Part shown: positions 19,160-28,617 of the stretch, one piece after another | Position numbering within the stretch: the first letter of the stretch is position 1 | How the letters are laid out: each line of letters opens with the position of its first letter | From: a bacterium | GTDB lineage: Bacteria > Bdellovibrionota_C > UBA2361 > RFPC01 | Assembly (NCBI GenBank): GCA_009926305.1 | Contig: RFPC01000006.1 | Coordinates: 1,401-65,400, forward strand | Length of the DNA: 64,000 nucleotides | Direction of reading: 5' to 3' | Program-made: the position numbers and the translations under genes | Notes under the pieces: generated by a model | Told to the model about the DNA's origin: nothing | Seen by the model: only the letters and a program-made list of their open reading frames with translations | Database searches by the model: none

Positions 19160-19927
19160 TTGTTCCTCTTGCAGCTCACCGAACCAAGCCCACTCTTCTG
19201 CTCAATGGAAGCTCAGCGAACCCTTAAGAAGCACATGATGAGAAGCTTGAATACCCCATCATCGCCCCGTATTATCTCATGCAGGCAAATACCTCATGGC
19301 GATCTGATGGATGTTGAACAACTCTATGAACAACATAGAGAAAAACTGGATATTTTCTCTCGACTTCTTAGCTCTGCAAATAAGCGTGTTAATCTCATGA
19401 GTCGTGAGGAGATCTCGCATATTTCCTCCCATATTCTCGACTCTCTGCTACTCGCTGAAGAGATTCATGACATGAATTCTATTATAGATCTTGGTTCAGG
19501 AGGAGGCTTTCCACTCATACCCTTAGCTATTGTATGTCCAGATATCTCGTTTACGGGTATCGACTCAGCACAGAGAAAAACTGACTTTCTTGAGATGTGC
19601 AAAGTTAAACTTTCACTTTCTAACGTACAGATTCTTCACTCCTCCATTGAGGAGTCTGCACATCTTCATGCTCAATTCGATGGCGTAACCGCACGGGCTC
19701 TTGCTCCTCTTCACTCCCTACTATCGCTCGCTACTCCATTTCTAAAAAATAATACTTCTTCGCGGCTTATCTTTCTGAAAGGAACTCATTGGAAGAGTGA
19801 AGTTGCTGCGGCCTCTGGTATTATGACGGAGCTTGGGGTTCAACATAATTCTACCGTTGAATTCTCCAATATCCCTGGAAGAGAGCACTCTGCTGTGCTT
19901 ACATTTTCTCCGAAATCGTATTCATGA
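19160..19927 (+). CDS. rsmG: 16S rRNA (guanine527-N7)-methyltransferase RsmG
   Basis: NLMS...HILDSLL...IIDLGSGGGFPLIPLAI...ARALA pattern of GidB/RsmG. The start is uncertain (TTG 19160; ATG candidates at 19205, 19235 and 19307). Confidence 0.85.
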   Translation: MFLLQLTEPSPLFCSMEAQRTLKKHMMRSLNTPSSPRIISCRQIPHGDLMDVEQLYEQHREKLDIFSRLLSSANKRVNLMSREEISHISSHILDSLLLAEEIHDMNSIIDLGSGGGFPLIPLAIVCPDISFTGIDSAQRKTDFLEMCKVKLSLSNVQILHSSIEESAHLHAQFDGVTARALAPLHSLLSLATPFLKNNTSSRLIFLKGTHWKSEVAAASGIMTELGVQHNSTVEFSNIPGREHSAVLTFSPKSYS

Positions 19928-19935
19928 CGAGAGCA

Positions 19936-20682
19936 TCATATGACTCGTGCGGTCAGCTCTCCAAGAATTTCTCGAGGAATATTTCGAAAAAATCGAATGC
20001 CTTGTCGAAGCTGCTTTGCTGATTCTTCTATAATTGCGACAACGCCCGCAGAACTATCGGGTAGGTGGTGTAAGAAGCCATATTCCTTGAGCGTATTGAG
20101 AAAATCTAAGCCAACATCAAGACCAGATAAAAAACTTCTATCTAGCTGAAGTGCAACGTCAAAAAGAGCCGTATGTTTGGGCATTGCATCAAAACACAAT
20201 TCCCAGGGCACACCATTTGCTCTTCCTTCTACTGCTAACCGTACCGCCTTACACCACGTATTACTGGGAGGCTCTCCCTGGGCATTACATATACTTCGTG
20301 TAGGTCTCAGCGAAAGAGTCCGCAAATCCTGCTCCGCCTGAGATGTATATCCAAGCCGCTCGCAATGCAGTGCTACTTCATTGACTGTCAGATCTCGAGA
20401 CTGGAAATAGACAGGAAGATCCTCTACAACCTCTATTCCATGTCCAAATTCATAATCATCACTTAAATACTGTAAAGAAAGTGAATGATCATAATCATCA
20501 TCCGTTTCTTTTGTTCGAAAAATATCAAAATCTCTCACCTCAAGAGTGTTTGAGAGAGGATGCAGGAGTCTTCGCAGAGTTTCTCTTGGCACACCTCCTT
20601 TATACCAGTATCCCTCTGGTAGATACGGATACGGAGATGCTACTCGCCGAATCCTATACAAAGAAGACTCTCCAATACTCAT
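19936..20682 (-). CDS. hypothetical protein
   Basis: 248-aa ORF with protein-like composition. The stretch KGGVPRETL...VRDFDIF only weakly recalls a nucleotidyltransferase GG..D.D motif, so no function is called. Confidence 0.6.
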   Translation of the reverse strand: MSIGESSLYRIRRVASPYPYLPEGYWYKGGVPRETLRRLLHPLSNTLEVRDFDIFRTKETDDDYDHSLSLQYLSDDYEFGHGIEVVEDLPVYFQSRDLTVNEVALHCERLGYTSQAEQDLRTLSLRPTRSICNAQGEPPSNTWCKAVRLAVEGRANGVPWELCFDAMPKHTALFDVALQLDRSFLSGLDVGLDFLNTLKEYGFLHHLPDSSAGVVAIIEESAKQLRQGIRFFRNIPREILGELTARVI

Positions 20683-20830
20683 CGTTAATTACTCTCCTGA
20701 TTCTTTTTACCTCAGCGAATGAAAAAAGTATTCAAGTTATGACTATCACCATACAGCGATATCCAACTCTTAGTACAGCATACCCTATTATCGCTCTATT
20801 TATAGCCAGTTGCAGGAATACCAGCAAAAT

Positions 20831-22819
20831 ATGTGTGGTTTGGTTGGATTCTATAATCCTTATCTTGATCAAAATGAAAGAAATAGGATGGCAACTCATC
20901 TTGCCGATTCACTACGACACCGTGGGCCCGATGATTCTTCAACGTGGAGCAATGAAGGGGGCCTTACCTTTGCTCATCGTCGACTGGCCATTCTCGATCT
21001 CTCTCCGCATGCAAAACAGCCAATGGTATCTCCTCGCACTGGGACAGTGCTGGTTTATAACGGAGAGATCTATAACTATCGCTCAATTCGGAAAGAATTA
21101 GAATGGAGTGGCTTATCGTTTCACGGAAGTGGAGATACTGAAGTCCTATTAGCAGCTATAGATCACTGGGGCCTAGAAAAGACTCTGACTAAGTGTAATG
21201 GAATGTTTGCAATTTGCCTTTGGAACGAAAATGAGCGAATTCTTCACATCGCACGAGATAGAATAGGAATAAAACCACTTTACTACGGATGGCTTAAAAG
21301 CGGCTTTGTTGTGACCTCTGAACTTAAAGCTCTCTATGGCCTGAAAGAATTTTGCCTTCCCCTTTCTTCTACTGGGCTATCACTCTTTTTCGAACATGGC
21401 TATATTTCGGCACCATATACAATCTTTCAGGGAATCTGGAAGATGATTCCTGGCACGAGCCTGTCGCTCAGCCAAAGCGAGCTTGAGTCAGCACCTAAAG
21501 GATTTTCTCCATATACAGACCGTAGTCATCTCTCCCCCAAGTCATTCTGGCAAGTACCGGACATTTCGCCTCCATATTCTGGTTCGCTACAGGATGCCAT
21601 TGTCGATCTCCACGAGCTCATTAGAGATTCGGTCCGCATCCGCTCACTGGCGGATGTTCCAGTAGGGGCTTTTCTCTCAGGGGGTATCGATTCATCCACC
21701 ATTGTGAGCTGTATGAACAGCTTGGATCCCCGAAATGTGCGGACATTTTCAATCGGCTTTCAAGAAAGTCAGTTTAACGAAGCGCCCTATGCGAGTGCAA
21801 TTGCTTCCCATTTAGGTACAAAGCATACCGAGCACTATGTGAGTACCTCCGATGCACTCAACGTTATCCCGAACCTTTCTACAATCTATGATGAGCCATT
21901 TGCAGATTCATCACAGATTCCAACACTTTTACTCTCTCAGCTCACACGAGAACAAGTAACCGTATCTCTTTCAGGAGATGGGGGTGATGAGCTGTTCCTT
22001 GGATATCCTCGCTATCTCTTAGCAAAACGAGTCTGGAGCATACTGAAAAATGCACCATATCCACTACGAACTCGGCTCAAGGATGGAATTCAAGCTGTTC
22101 CTTCAAGCGGCTGGAGTAGTGTCTATTCAATTTTCCAGTGGCTATTACCCGAAGCGCTTCGAGGAATTCGAACTCCTGGAATGAAAGTACATCGATTTGC
22201 AGAGCTTCTTTGTGCTTCAAACCTTAGAGAGGTTTATCTTCAGGCGAATCTTCATTGGCCACCTTATGAAACTCCGGTTCATCGCTATGTTCCGTCGCAA
22301 ACGCTCTTTCATACTGATATCGCTTCTAAAACATTAGCATCACGACACGACTACTTGAGTTTTATCGATTTTCATACCTACCTACCTGACGATATCCTTA
22401 CGAAAGTTGACCGAGCCTCTATGGCATATGGATTGGAGGCACGTGTGCCCCTTTTAGACCATCGGATTATTGAATTTGCTCGGACATTGCCTATGAACTG
22501 GTGCATTGCTCATGGCTCACAAAAATATATCTTAAAAAAAATACTGAATAGGTATCTCCCTGAGACACTTTTTGAACGTCCAAAGGCAGGATTTTCCATT
22601 CCGCTTGCAAAATGGCTGCGAACAGAGCTCCGTTCCTGGGCTGAATCACTCCTAACACCAACCGAACTTCCACCAGATGGTCTCCTCAATAGATCCTTAA
22701 TCCTAAAGACCTGGAAACGGCACCAACTCGAAGAGCTTGATTTGCATTCAAAACTTTGGAATGTCTTGATTTTTCAACAATGGAAGCGGACCTGGAGCGC
22801 AAATATCCTAGATCACTAG
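20831..22819 (+). CDS. asnB: asparagine synthase (glutamine-hydrolysing)
   Basis: ATG 20831 gives MCGLVGF (N-terminal Cys nucleophile). PP-loop AFLSGGIDSST. The ORF track start at 20810 lies upstream of the conserved MCG. Confidence 0.92.
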   Translation: MCGLVGFYNPYLDQNERNRMATHLADSLRHRGPDDSSTWSNEGGLTFAHRRLAILDLSPHAKQPMVSPRTGTVLVYNGEIYNYRSIRKELEWSGLSFHGSGDTEVLLAAIDHWGLEKTLTKCNGMFAICLWNENERILHIARDRIGIKPLYYGWLKSGFVVTSELKALYGLKEFCLPLSSTGLSLFFEHGYISAPYTIFQGIWKMIPGTSLSLSQSELESAPKGFSPYTDRSHLSPKSFWQVPDISPPYSGSLQDAIVDLHELIRDSVRIRSLADVPVGAFLSGGIDSSTIVSCMNSLDPRNVRTFSIGFQESQFNEAPYASAIASHLGTKHTEHYVSTSDALNVIPNLSTIYDEPFADSSQIPTLLLSQLTREQVTVSLSGDGGDELFLGYPRYLLAKRVWSILKNAPYPLRTRLKDGIQAVPSSGWSSVYSIFQWLLPEALRGIRTPGMKVHRFAELLCASNLREVYLQANLHWPPYETPVHRYVPSQTLFHTDIASKTLASRHDYLSFIDFHTYLPDDILTKVDRASMAYGLEARVPLLDHRIIEFARTLPMNWCIAHGSQKYILKKILNRYLPETLFERPKAGFSIPLAKWLRTELRSWAESLLTPTELPPDGLLNRSLILKTWKRHQLEELDLHSKLWNVLIFQQWKRTWSANILDH

Positions 22820-23038
22820 GCATTTCTCTTCAAATCCTCATGCCACCTTTTAGTTCTCTGTTCCAACAGCGAGCCGATAAGCATAGGTATTTTATATCTG
22901 CTACTGTTTTCTTCTCATGCTGATTCTATGACAGATCGGGCTTGATAAATTCTAAAACCTATGGAATTTACTAACGCCTCTTACCCGTCAATGGGAAACG
23001 CATTTTAACAAGTAAAGTGAGTATAGCGGCATAGAGTT

Positions 23039-23719
23039 ATGAGTGATTTTTCAACTCCATATACGCCTGATAGTCTCGAGGACATGCTAGGGGAAGGCCC
23101 TGAATACTCGTTTCAAGACTTTTCGCTACAGGGAGGAGGTCTTTATAACTATAACCGTGACGATGTTGAGTTTGACACAGCTCATAACTTCTCCATCCCA
23201 CTCGAACGACTCCCTCGTCGAAGTCGAGATCAGTTTCCCGAACTTTCACTTCCACTTCGTGTTGTAAAGCATATATCTGTTGAGGCTTCAATGAGTTCAC
23301 ATGATCGCATTCTTGATATCGGCTCTGGTAAGGGCCGACTTGCTGTCATGCTTCATACACTGACTGGAGCTCAAGTACGAGGCATTGAGATTGAGCCTTC
23401 ATATGTGACGTATGCACGTGAGAGAACGCATAATTTTTCTGGTATCTCTTTTGAAACAGGAGATGCAACGAAAGTTGAGTTTCAAGATGAAAATATTATC
23501 TGTCTGATTAATCCATTTCGAGGTGCTCTCATGGAGAACCTCTTAACACGAATTCATACATATTATCTCGAAAAGAAAGAACAGGATTCAGACTCGTCTC
23601 TAAAAATAATCTCTCAAGGAATTTGCTCGTTTCACCTTCAGAGTAAACCCTGGCTTAAGCAGGTGGGGAGTGGGGATGGCATCCTATCCGTTGGGATCTT
23701 TGAGCTCTGTCGAGATTGA
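23039..23719 (+). CDS. class I SAM-dependent methyltransferase
   Basis: Motif I ILDIGSGKGRLAVML followed by GIEIEP and FETGDA. Confidence 0.75.
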   Translation: MSDFSTPYTPDSLEDMLGEGPEYSFQDFSLQGGGLYNYNRDDVEFDTAHNFSIPLERLPRRSRDQFPELSLPLRVVKHISVEASMSSHDRILDIGSGKGRLAVMLHTLTGAQVRGIEIEPSYVTYARERTHNFSGISFETGDATKVEFQDENIICLINPFRGALMENLLTRIHTYYLEKKEQDSDSSLKIISQGICSFHLQSKPWLKQVGSGDGILSVGIFELCRD

Positions 23720-24724
23720 GGAACGAGCCTCCCCCTCCTCTCGCCCTAGAAAGCTCTTAATATCAAACCGATCGCTAACGTCACTCTGCTCATGAATAAT
23801 ATTCGGTCTACCATTCGTAAAATGAATTACGCCACCAAGCTGAAATCCATCACCAGAAAGATATCCGACTCCACACCTTTCAACACAGAGCGCAGGAACA
23901 GCTTTCCTTAAGACTCTAACTCCAAAGGCCCTCCAAAGAGATGCCTTGGAAAAACCGCAGAGCTCATAAAGAAAACATCTCGGGTCTTCAATAAGCTCGA
24001 CCTGATCAAGATTAAAACTTTTGATCATTTTCAAGGCACGCTCCGTGGGACCCATATGTACGATTACTACCTGAATGCCAGCCCCACGAAGCCTCTCTCG
24101 TTCTGCGGAAATATCCTTAAAGACTTGCCGACAAAACGTACATCCTAAGTGACGAACAAAGAAAAGAAGAGTAGGCCTCTCAAACGAAGAGCTTCTGAGA
24201 CTCTCAAACTGAGCGAGCAGCTCTTTTTCTCTTCCAATATTTTTGTTTCCATTCCTATGAGATTGCCATACTTTCAAAAGAATTAAGAAAAAAGGAATCC
24301 ACCAGACCAGATCATTCGTAATAAGAAGCCAGGCTCCCGCCTCTGGCATGGAATGTGGAGTAACATTAAAGAAGTATCCTAGGGGCCCTAAAATTTTCCC
24401 CATAAAACCAATGAATACAATCGGCCAATATCGAAGAATATCGGTACTGGCAATCAGATAAGCAAGCCCATAGAGCCCCACAATCATTCCAATACACTGC
24501 CAAAGTGCCGGATATTCTGGCAGCGCGATTCCAGAAAGAATAAAGTAGTGCTCTGGGAAAAATACTGCCCATGCACCAAAACAAATATTATATATTCCCG
24601 CAATGAGCAGTACTATTTGTGGCCAACCAATAACAGGAGGCTTCCAAGCTCGGTGGACATAAAGAGTGTCGGTGGTCGCCAGCCGTGATACGGTACTATG
24701 ATGATCAACTTGCAAATCTTTCAT
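23684..24724 (-). CDS. membrane protein with a C-terminal AhpC/TSA-like (thioredoxin-fold) domain
   Basis: The N-terminal half has about 5 TM helices. The C-terminal half has RPTLLFFVRHLGCTFCRQ (peroxiredoxin-like CxxC context). The 3' end overlaps the convergent methyltransferase by 36 nt. Confidence 0.7.
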   Translation of the reverse strand: MKDLQVDHHSTVSRLATTDTLYVHRAWKPPVIGWPQIVLLIAGIYNICFGAWAVFFPEHYFILSGIALPEYPALWQCIGMIVGLYGLAYLIASTDILRYWPIVFIGFMGKILGPLGYFFNVTPHSMPEAGAWLLITNDLVWWIPFFLILLKVWQSHRNGNKNIGREKELLAQFESLRSSSFERPTLLFFVRHLGCTFCRQVFKDISAERERLRGAGIQVVIVHMGPTERALKMIKSFNLDQVELIEDPRCFLYELCGFSKASLWRAFGVRVLRKAVPALCVERCGVGYLSGDGFQLGGVIHFTNGRPNIIHEQSDVSDRFDIKSFLGREEGEARSSISTELKDPNG

Positions 24725-24992
24725 AGACTTTTTATATCAAAGGTTTTTTTAAGCCGAGCACTAATGCTAATTCAATATGTTTCTCTTCGCATTTCCAGAA
24801 ATAGCAGCCGAAACTTCCCTCTCGACAAAGGATACTCTGAAACTATAACTAAACGGTTTTGCCCTCCAGAGGAATAGAAAAGAACATTTTCATAGAAATA
24901 TTTCTTCTATTTCGTTATTGCTTTCGTTTATATCTTGCCCTCGCATGTTAGCCGGAAGTTCTTTCTCTTGCACTTGATAGCACTACATTGAA

Positions 24993-25025
24993 ACCATCGG
25001 TAAAAAACTACTTCCTACCGATGGT
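24993..25025 (-). terminator. stem-loop just downstream of the 688-aa gene (possible terminator)
   Basis: Perfect 10-bp inverted repeat ACCATCGGTA/TACCGATGGT with a 13-nt loop, starting 13 nt after the TAG stop. The trailing U tract is weak (UUC). Confidence 0.4.
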
Positions 25026-25038
25026 CTTTCCGTCATGA

Positions 25039-27105
25039 CTAAGCTGCTAACTTGAATTCAGCCTCTTTTTGCTCGTCGAGCCTCTTTTGAAGTTCAATCA
25101 CTGAGTCTTCATACTGCTTGCTGTTCGTAAGAAGTTCGAGAAGTTCTCCTATCTGACCATCCTCATTCGCCATGCCCCGAATTTGCCTGACCACTTCTTG
25201 ATGCACCTGAGCACGATCAATAGGTGTCATCGGCTCTCCAGAGAGCTTTGAAAGATGTTGCAGATATACTTGATATTCGTGCTCAGATACTCGATTCGTA
25301 ACTCGCAGGAGCTCAATTTGCTGGCGCAGTGAAGCAAATGTAACACCACCAGCTTTCAACATTGCCTTAAAGTTTTCACGGACATCCGCGTCGGATTGCG
25401 CATTGGATGTAGCGGCGTTCAGGCTTTGCGCAGCTGCAGCATCGAATAAACTATTCTTTTTATGTGTCGTTGGGTTAAGCCCTGTAGCAATAGCATAAAG
25501 ATGACCAAGCGGAACATTCTGAGAGGCTAAAGGATCGTTCCAATCTAAGACATGCGTCAAACGCTCAGAACCATCAAGGCTTCTTAACTTAGACTTTCCA
25601 TCCCGTCCGATATTATACGTACTCCCATCAGCGAGTGGCACATGATGAGAGCCATCTATTTTACGGGCAAAACCAGCTTGCTCCATAGCATCACGCCAAC
25701 TATCTCGTGCTATCTGTCCCTTATTCTTCTTGCTTCCAAATGCTCCTATAAGAGCGCCCACTCCTGCTCCAATCAGACCACCGACGATCGTTCCTACAAT
25801 TGGCACGCTAGACCCAATGGTGGCACCAAGTGAAGCACCAGCCGCCAACGAAGAGATTGTCGCTACCCCAGCTCCAATAGCAGCTCCAGCACTGCCAAGC
25901 CCAATAGCCCCAATCTTTACTCCCTGACTTCTTGGAACATCACCTAACAGATCGATGACGTCTACTGCTTGTTTTCCACCGGTAAAAATACCTACGATAG
26001 CACTCGCTCCCGAAGCAACTCGCCCCAGCATCGATTTACCAGCTTGTTTTCCTAAAGCATCCAGGACAATCTCACTCCCTTGAATCGACGCAATAAATCG
26101 CTGTGTGTCATCCATGTCGCTCCATTTATTTACAATGTTTGCCAATGTAAGAGCACTCGTCGCTTTTGATGCCTGAATATCGGTAATCCATCCGTTAGTC
26201 TGAGCTGAAGAGAGGCCAGTCTCTGCAAGTGAAAGCAGCTTATCTTTTAACTTTTCATCTCCAACTAAGGTAGAAACAACCTTTAATGCTGAACTGACAT
26301 TATGAGCCTCGATAAGGACTTTTTCAGGGATAACCTCTCCACTCTCCAATAAAAATCCCCGTTTTCCATCAGGCAGCATTGCACTCCCGACAACCCCGAC
26401 ATCCATTACTTGCGTTGGGGACTGAGGGCTTCCCGTGAAAGATGTTACGCTCAGCTGAGCAAGAGCCTCGGCAATCGCCAGTGCTTTCTCGGTTCTTGAG
26501 GCATTGCTGTGGAAGGTAGACATCAGAGCATCCGTTACCACACGAAATTTTTCACTCTCTGGCCTTCCAATAATATTGAGATCTTCAAGGATACTCGTGC
26601 TCAAAAGAGCTCCTTGATGGAACTTTTCTTCCGAAGTAAGCGCCGACCAATATCCTGCAATCCGAATACCCTCTTTTAGAGTACTAGCTTGTACACCAAT
26701 CTTGTCTGCAATTTTTTCTAATCGATTTGACTGAAGAGGAGCCTTTTCTCTCTTGATGACCCTGTATAATTGCTCTAATGCCTCTCTTAATTCGTCTCCC
26801 CGTTTACTATCTATCATAGTAATTATTGACTCTAATTCTTGTGGAAGCTTTTGAAATATCCTCGGGAGTAATTTCTCGGCCGTATCTAGAAGTTTATCGA
26901 GCCAGCTATTGAGAGGACTATCTGCAGAACTCCTTTTATTCGCACTCATGTCATCACCATTTCCAGTGATGAGGTTTTTCTGAATAAAGGGCATCGATAT
27001 AATCGGACGGCTCATTTCAGGCCTTAGCAGGTTTTCGAAATCTCTAAAGTCATTTTGATAGGCTTTATCAATATGTTGGCGCTCAGGTGAAATATGTAAT
27101 CCCAT
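25039..27105 (-). CDS. large signal-less protein with a central glycine-zipper membrane segment (function unknown)
   Basis: 688-aa ORF. GAGGAG lies 8 nt upstream of the ATG. The helical N-terminal region of about 390 aa is followed by VKIGAIGLGSAGAAIGAGVATISSLAAGASLGATIGSSVPIVGTIVGGLIGAGVGALIGAFG, then a soluble or coiled C-terminal region of about 230 aa. Confidence 0.8.
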   Translation of the reverse strand: MGLHISPERQHIDKAYQNDFRDFENLLRPEMSRPIISMPFIQKNLITGNGDDMSANKRSSADSPLNSWLDKLLDTAEKLLPRIFQKLPQELESIITMIDSKRGDELREALEQLYRVIKREKAPLQSNRLEKIADKIGVQASTLKEGIRIAGYWSALTSEEKFHQGALLSTSILEDLNIIGRPESEKFRVVTDALMSTFHSNASRTEKALAIAEALAQLSVTSFTGSPQSPTQVMDVGVVGSAMLPDGKRGFLLESGEVIPEKVLIEAHNVSSALKVVSTLVGDEKLKDKLLSLAETGLSSAQTNGWITDIQASKATSALTLANIVNKWSDMDDTQRFIASIQGSEIVLDALGKQAGKSMLGRVASGASAIVGIFTGGKQAVDVIDLLGDVPRSQGVKIGAIGLGSAGAAIGAGVATISSLAAGASLGATIGSSVPIVGTIVGGLIGAGVGALIGAFGSKKNKGQIARDSWRDAMEQAGFARKIDGSHHVPLADGSTYNIGRDGKSKLRSLDGSERLTHVLDWNDPLASQNVPLGHLYAIATGLNPTTHKKNSLFDAAAAQSLNAATSNAQSDADVRENFKAMLKAGGVTFASLRQQIELLRVTNRVSEHEYQVYLQHLSKLSGEPMTPIDRAQVHQEVVRQIRGMANEDGQIGELLELLTNSKQYEDSVIELQKRLDEQKEAEFKLAA

Positions 27106-27259
27106 CTCATGCTCTCCTCTTATTAGTTTTGAATGATGTCAAATTTATATTCGACAGATTTATGCTCGATGTTTCTTGAAGGAGAGAAAGCGCGCGTATG
27201 TGTGCCTGCTACTCAAATAGCAGACAAATGAGAAATAACAACGTAATCAGTACACATTA

Positions 27260-28075
27260 CTACAATCGAAACGTGATTCCGCTTCCAATAAAGGAATCAT
27301 CCGCTCGACCATTCAATCCTACACCCACGAGGAGATCCAATTGCAAATTCGGATGAAGTAAATAGGTAACTCCACCATTAACGTAATGTTCGGGAGCAGT
27401 ACTCGGAGCATGACTACCCCGCGGGTAAAACCCATAGTACTCGGTATATACTCCAAGACGATCTGTGAGCTCATATGAAAGCGCGATTGAGGAAGATGGT
27501 TGAAAATAGTGTTCTCTCCTCTCAACTGCAGCGTTCAGATTCACTTGTCCAGCAAGAGCCCAGTCCGTATCCTCATGATATGACCACAAGAAACTGAGTT
27601 GCGAAGATGTCTTCTCTTGAGAGTATCGTTTGGCACCGGTCGCCAGAGTCACGTCGATTATAGTGCTCAGATCAAAGTTACAGTCACATGCTTCATATAG
27701 CTTGATCTTAGTACCGATAGTCAGGTCACCGAGGGCAAAGTCCGAATCTGTTCCTTTCAATCCCTGAGCTGATAAACGCAACTCGAGTAGATCCGTGACA
27801 CCAATTCGAAGAAGACCTTCTGGTATCGCCTCCTGTTTGAAGTCTCTCTTATTATCCCGGGTATACCGATATCCAAACTCGCCTTGTAGGTGGCCCCGCT
27901 GAATAGTTTTTGTGCTTTCGGTAAAATCAGGTCGGTCAGTACTCATCGGCTCATGAAGCTCAGCATAGCCAAAGCCAAGTGGGCCCACTTCAGCAAAGCC
28001 TTCCCTTGTAATGACAAAGACGATAAGGGTGAGCAAGAACATGAAGGAGAAAATGAGGTTCCGATACGATTTCAT
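27260..28075 (-). CDS. outer-membrane beta-barrel transporter (MetA-pathway phenol-degradation-like family)
   Basis: Signal peptide MKSYRNLIFSFMFLLTLIVFV. TDRPDFTESTKTIQRGHLQGEFGY motif. Alternating beta-strand pattern to the C-terminal GSGITFRL. The ORF track start at 28111 is probably too far upstream. Confidence 0.75.
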   Translation of the reverse strand: MKSYRNLIFSFMFLLTLIVFVITREGFAEVGPLGFGYAELHEPMSTDRPDFTESTKTIQRGHLQGEFGYRYTRDNKRDFKQEAIPEGLLRIGVTDLLELRLSAQGLKGTDSDFALGDLTIGTKIKLYEACDCNFDLSTIIDVTLATGAKRYSQEKTSSQLSFLWSYHEDTDWALAGQVNLNAAVERREHYFQPSSSIALSYELTDRLGVYTEYYGFYPRGSHAPSTAPEHYVNGGVTYLLHPNLQLDLLVGVGLNGRADDSFIGSGITFRL

Positions 28076-28313
28076 ACTGGCTAGGGTGCCACTGGAGGGG
28101 TAAAATCTCAATTATCTGGGCACATAACTCTTCAAATTTATGAATAAATCCCGCTAAAAGTCTTGATTTTATCCCTTCGACTGCACAACATACTAGGGTC
28201 CCCCGCGAGTAGCTCATTTGGTCGTGCCAATGTGAGCAAAGCGAACAAGGGAGGGACTCGACTCTTGGTTCACCCGTTCACCAAGGTGACAAATGCGAAA
28301 GCACTTGAGGAAT

Positions 28314-28367
28314 AGGCAGCATAGCTGCTCGGTGAACTCTAGGCAGCATAGCTGCTCTGTGAACTCT
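28314..28367. repeat. 27-bp tandem direct repeat, 2 copies, each with an internal GCAGC-ATA-GCTGC hairpin
   Basis: AGGCAGCATAGCTGCTCGGTGAACTCT (28314-28340) and AGGCAGCATAGCTGCTCTGTGAACTCT (28341-28367) differ by 1 mismatch. A partial third start, AGG, follows. Confidence 0.9.
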
Positions 28368-28410
28368 AGGGGTCGAAGTAGTATCGTTCGCACGAAAAAA
28401 ATTTGCATGC

Positions 28411-28486
28411 TCCCCGGTAGCTCAGTTGGTAGAGCAGCTGACTGTTAATCAGCTTGTCACTGGTTCGAGTCCAGTCCGGGGAGCCA
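28411..28486 (+). tRNA. tRNA-Asn (anticodon GTT), CCA encoded
   Basis: Hand-folded cloverleaf: acceptor TCCCCGG/CCGGGGA, D arm GCTC-AGTTGGTA-GAGC, anticodon arm GCTGA-CTGTTAA-TCAGC, variable TTGTC, T arm ACTGG-TTCGAGT-CCAGT, discriminator G, CCA. Confidence 0.97.
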
Positions 28487-28617
28487 TTTTTCCATTCGGC
28501 ATTCGCGCCCAGGGGCTGCGCCCCTCTCGCCCTCATCGGGCGTTCACCCCCACTTTAAAAGTTGTCCATGCGGCGTTCATCAACGCAACCTACTTCTCGA
28601 CAGAAACGTAAATGTTA

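Noticed and set aside
28214-28408. 64-aa minus-strand ORF containing the duplicated peptide LEFTEQLCC
   Set aside because: The peptide repeat is simply the 27-bp tandem DNA repeat read in frame. The rest is Cys/Leu/Phe-rich with no RBS, and it would end 2 nt from the tRNA gene. I treat it as a non-coding repeat.
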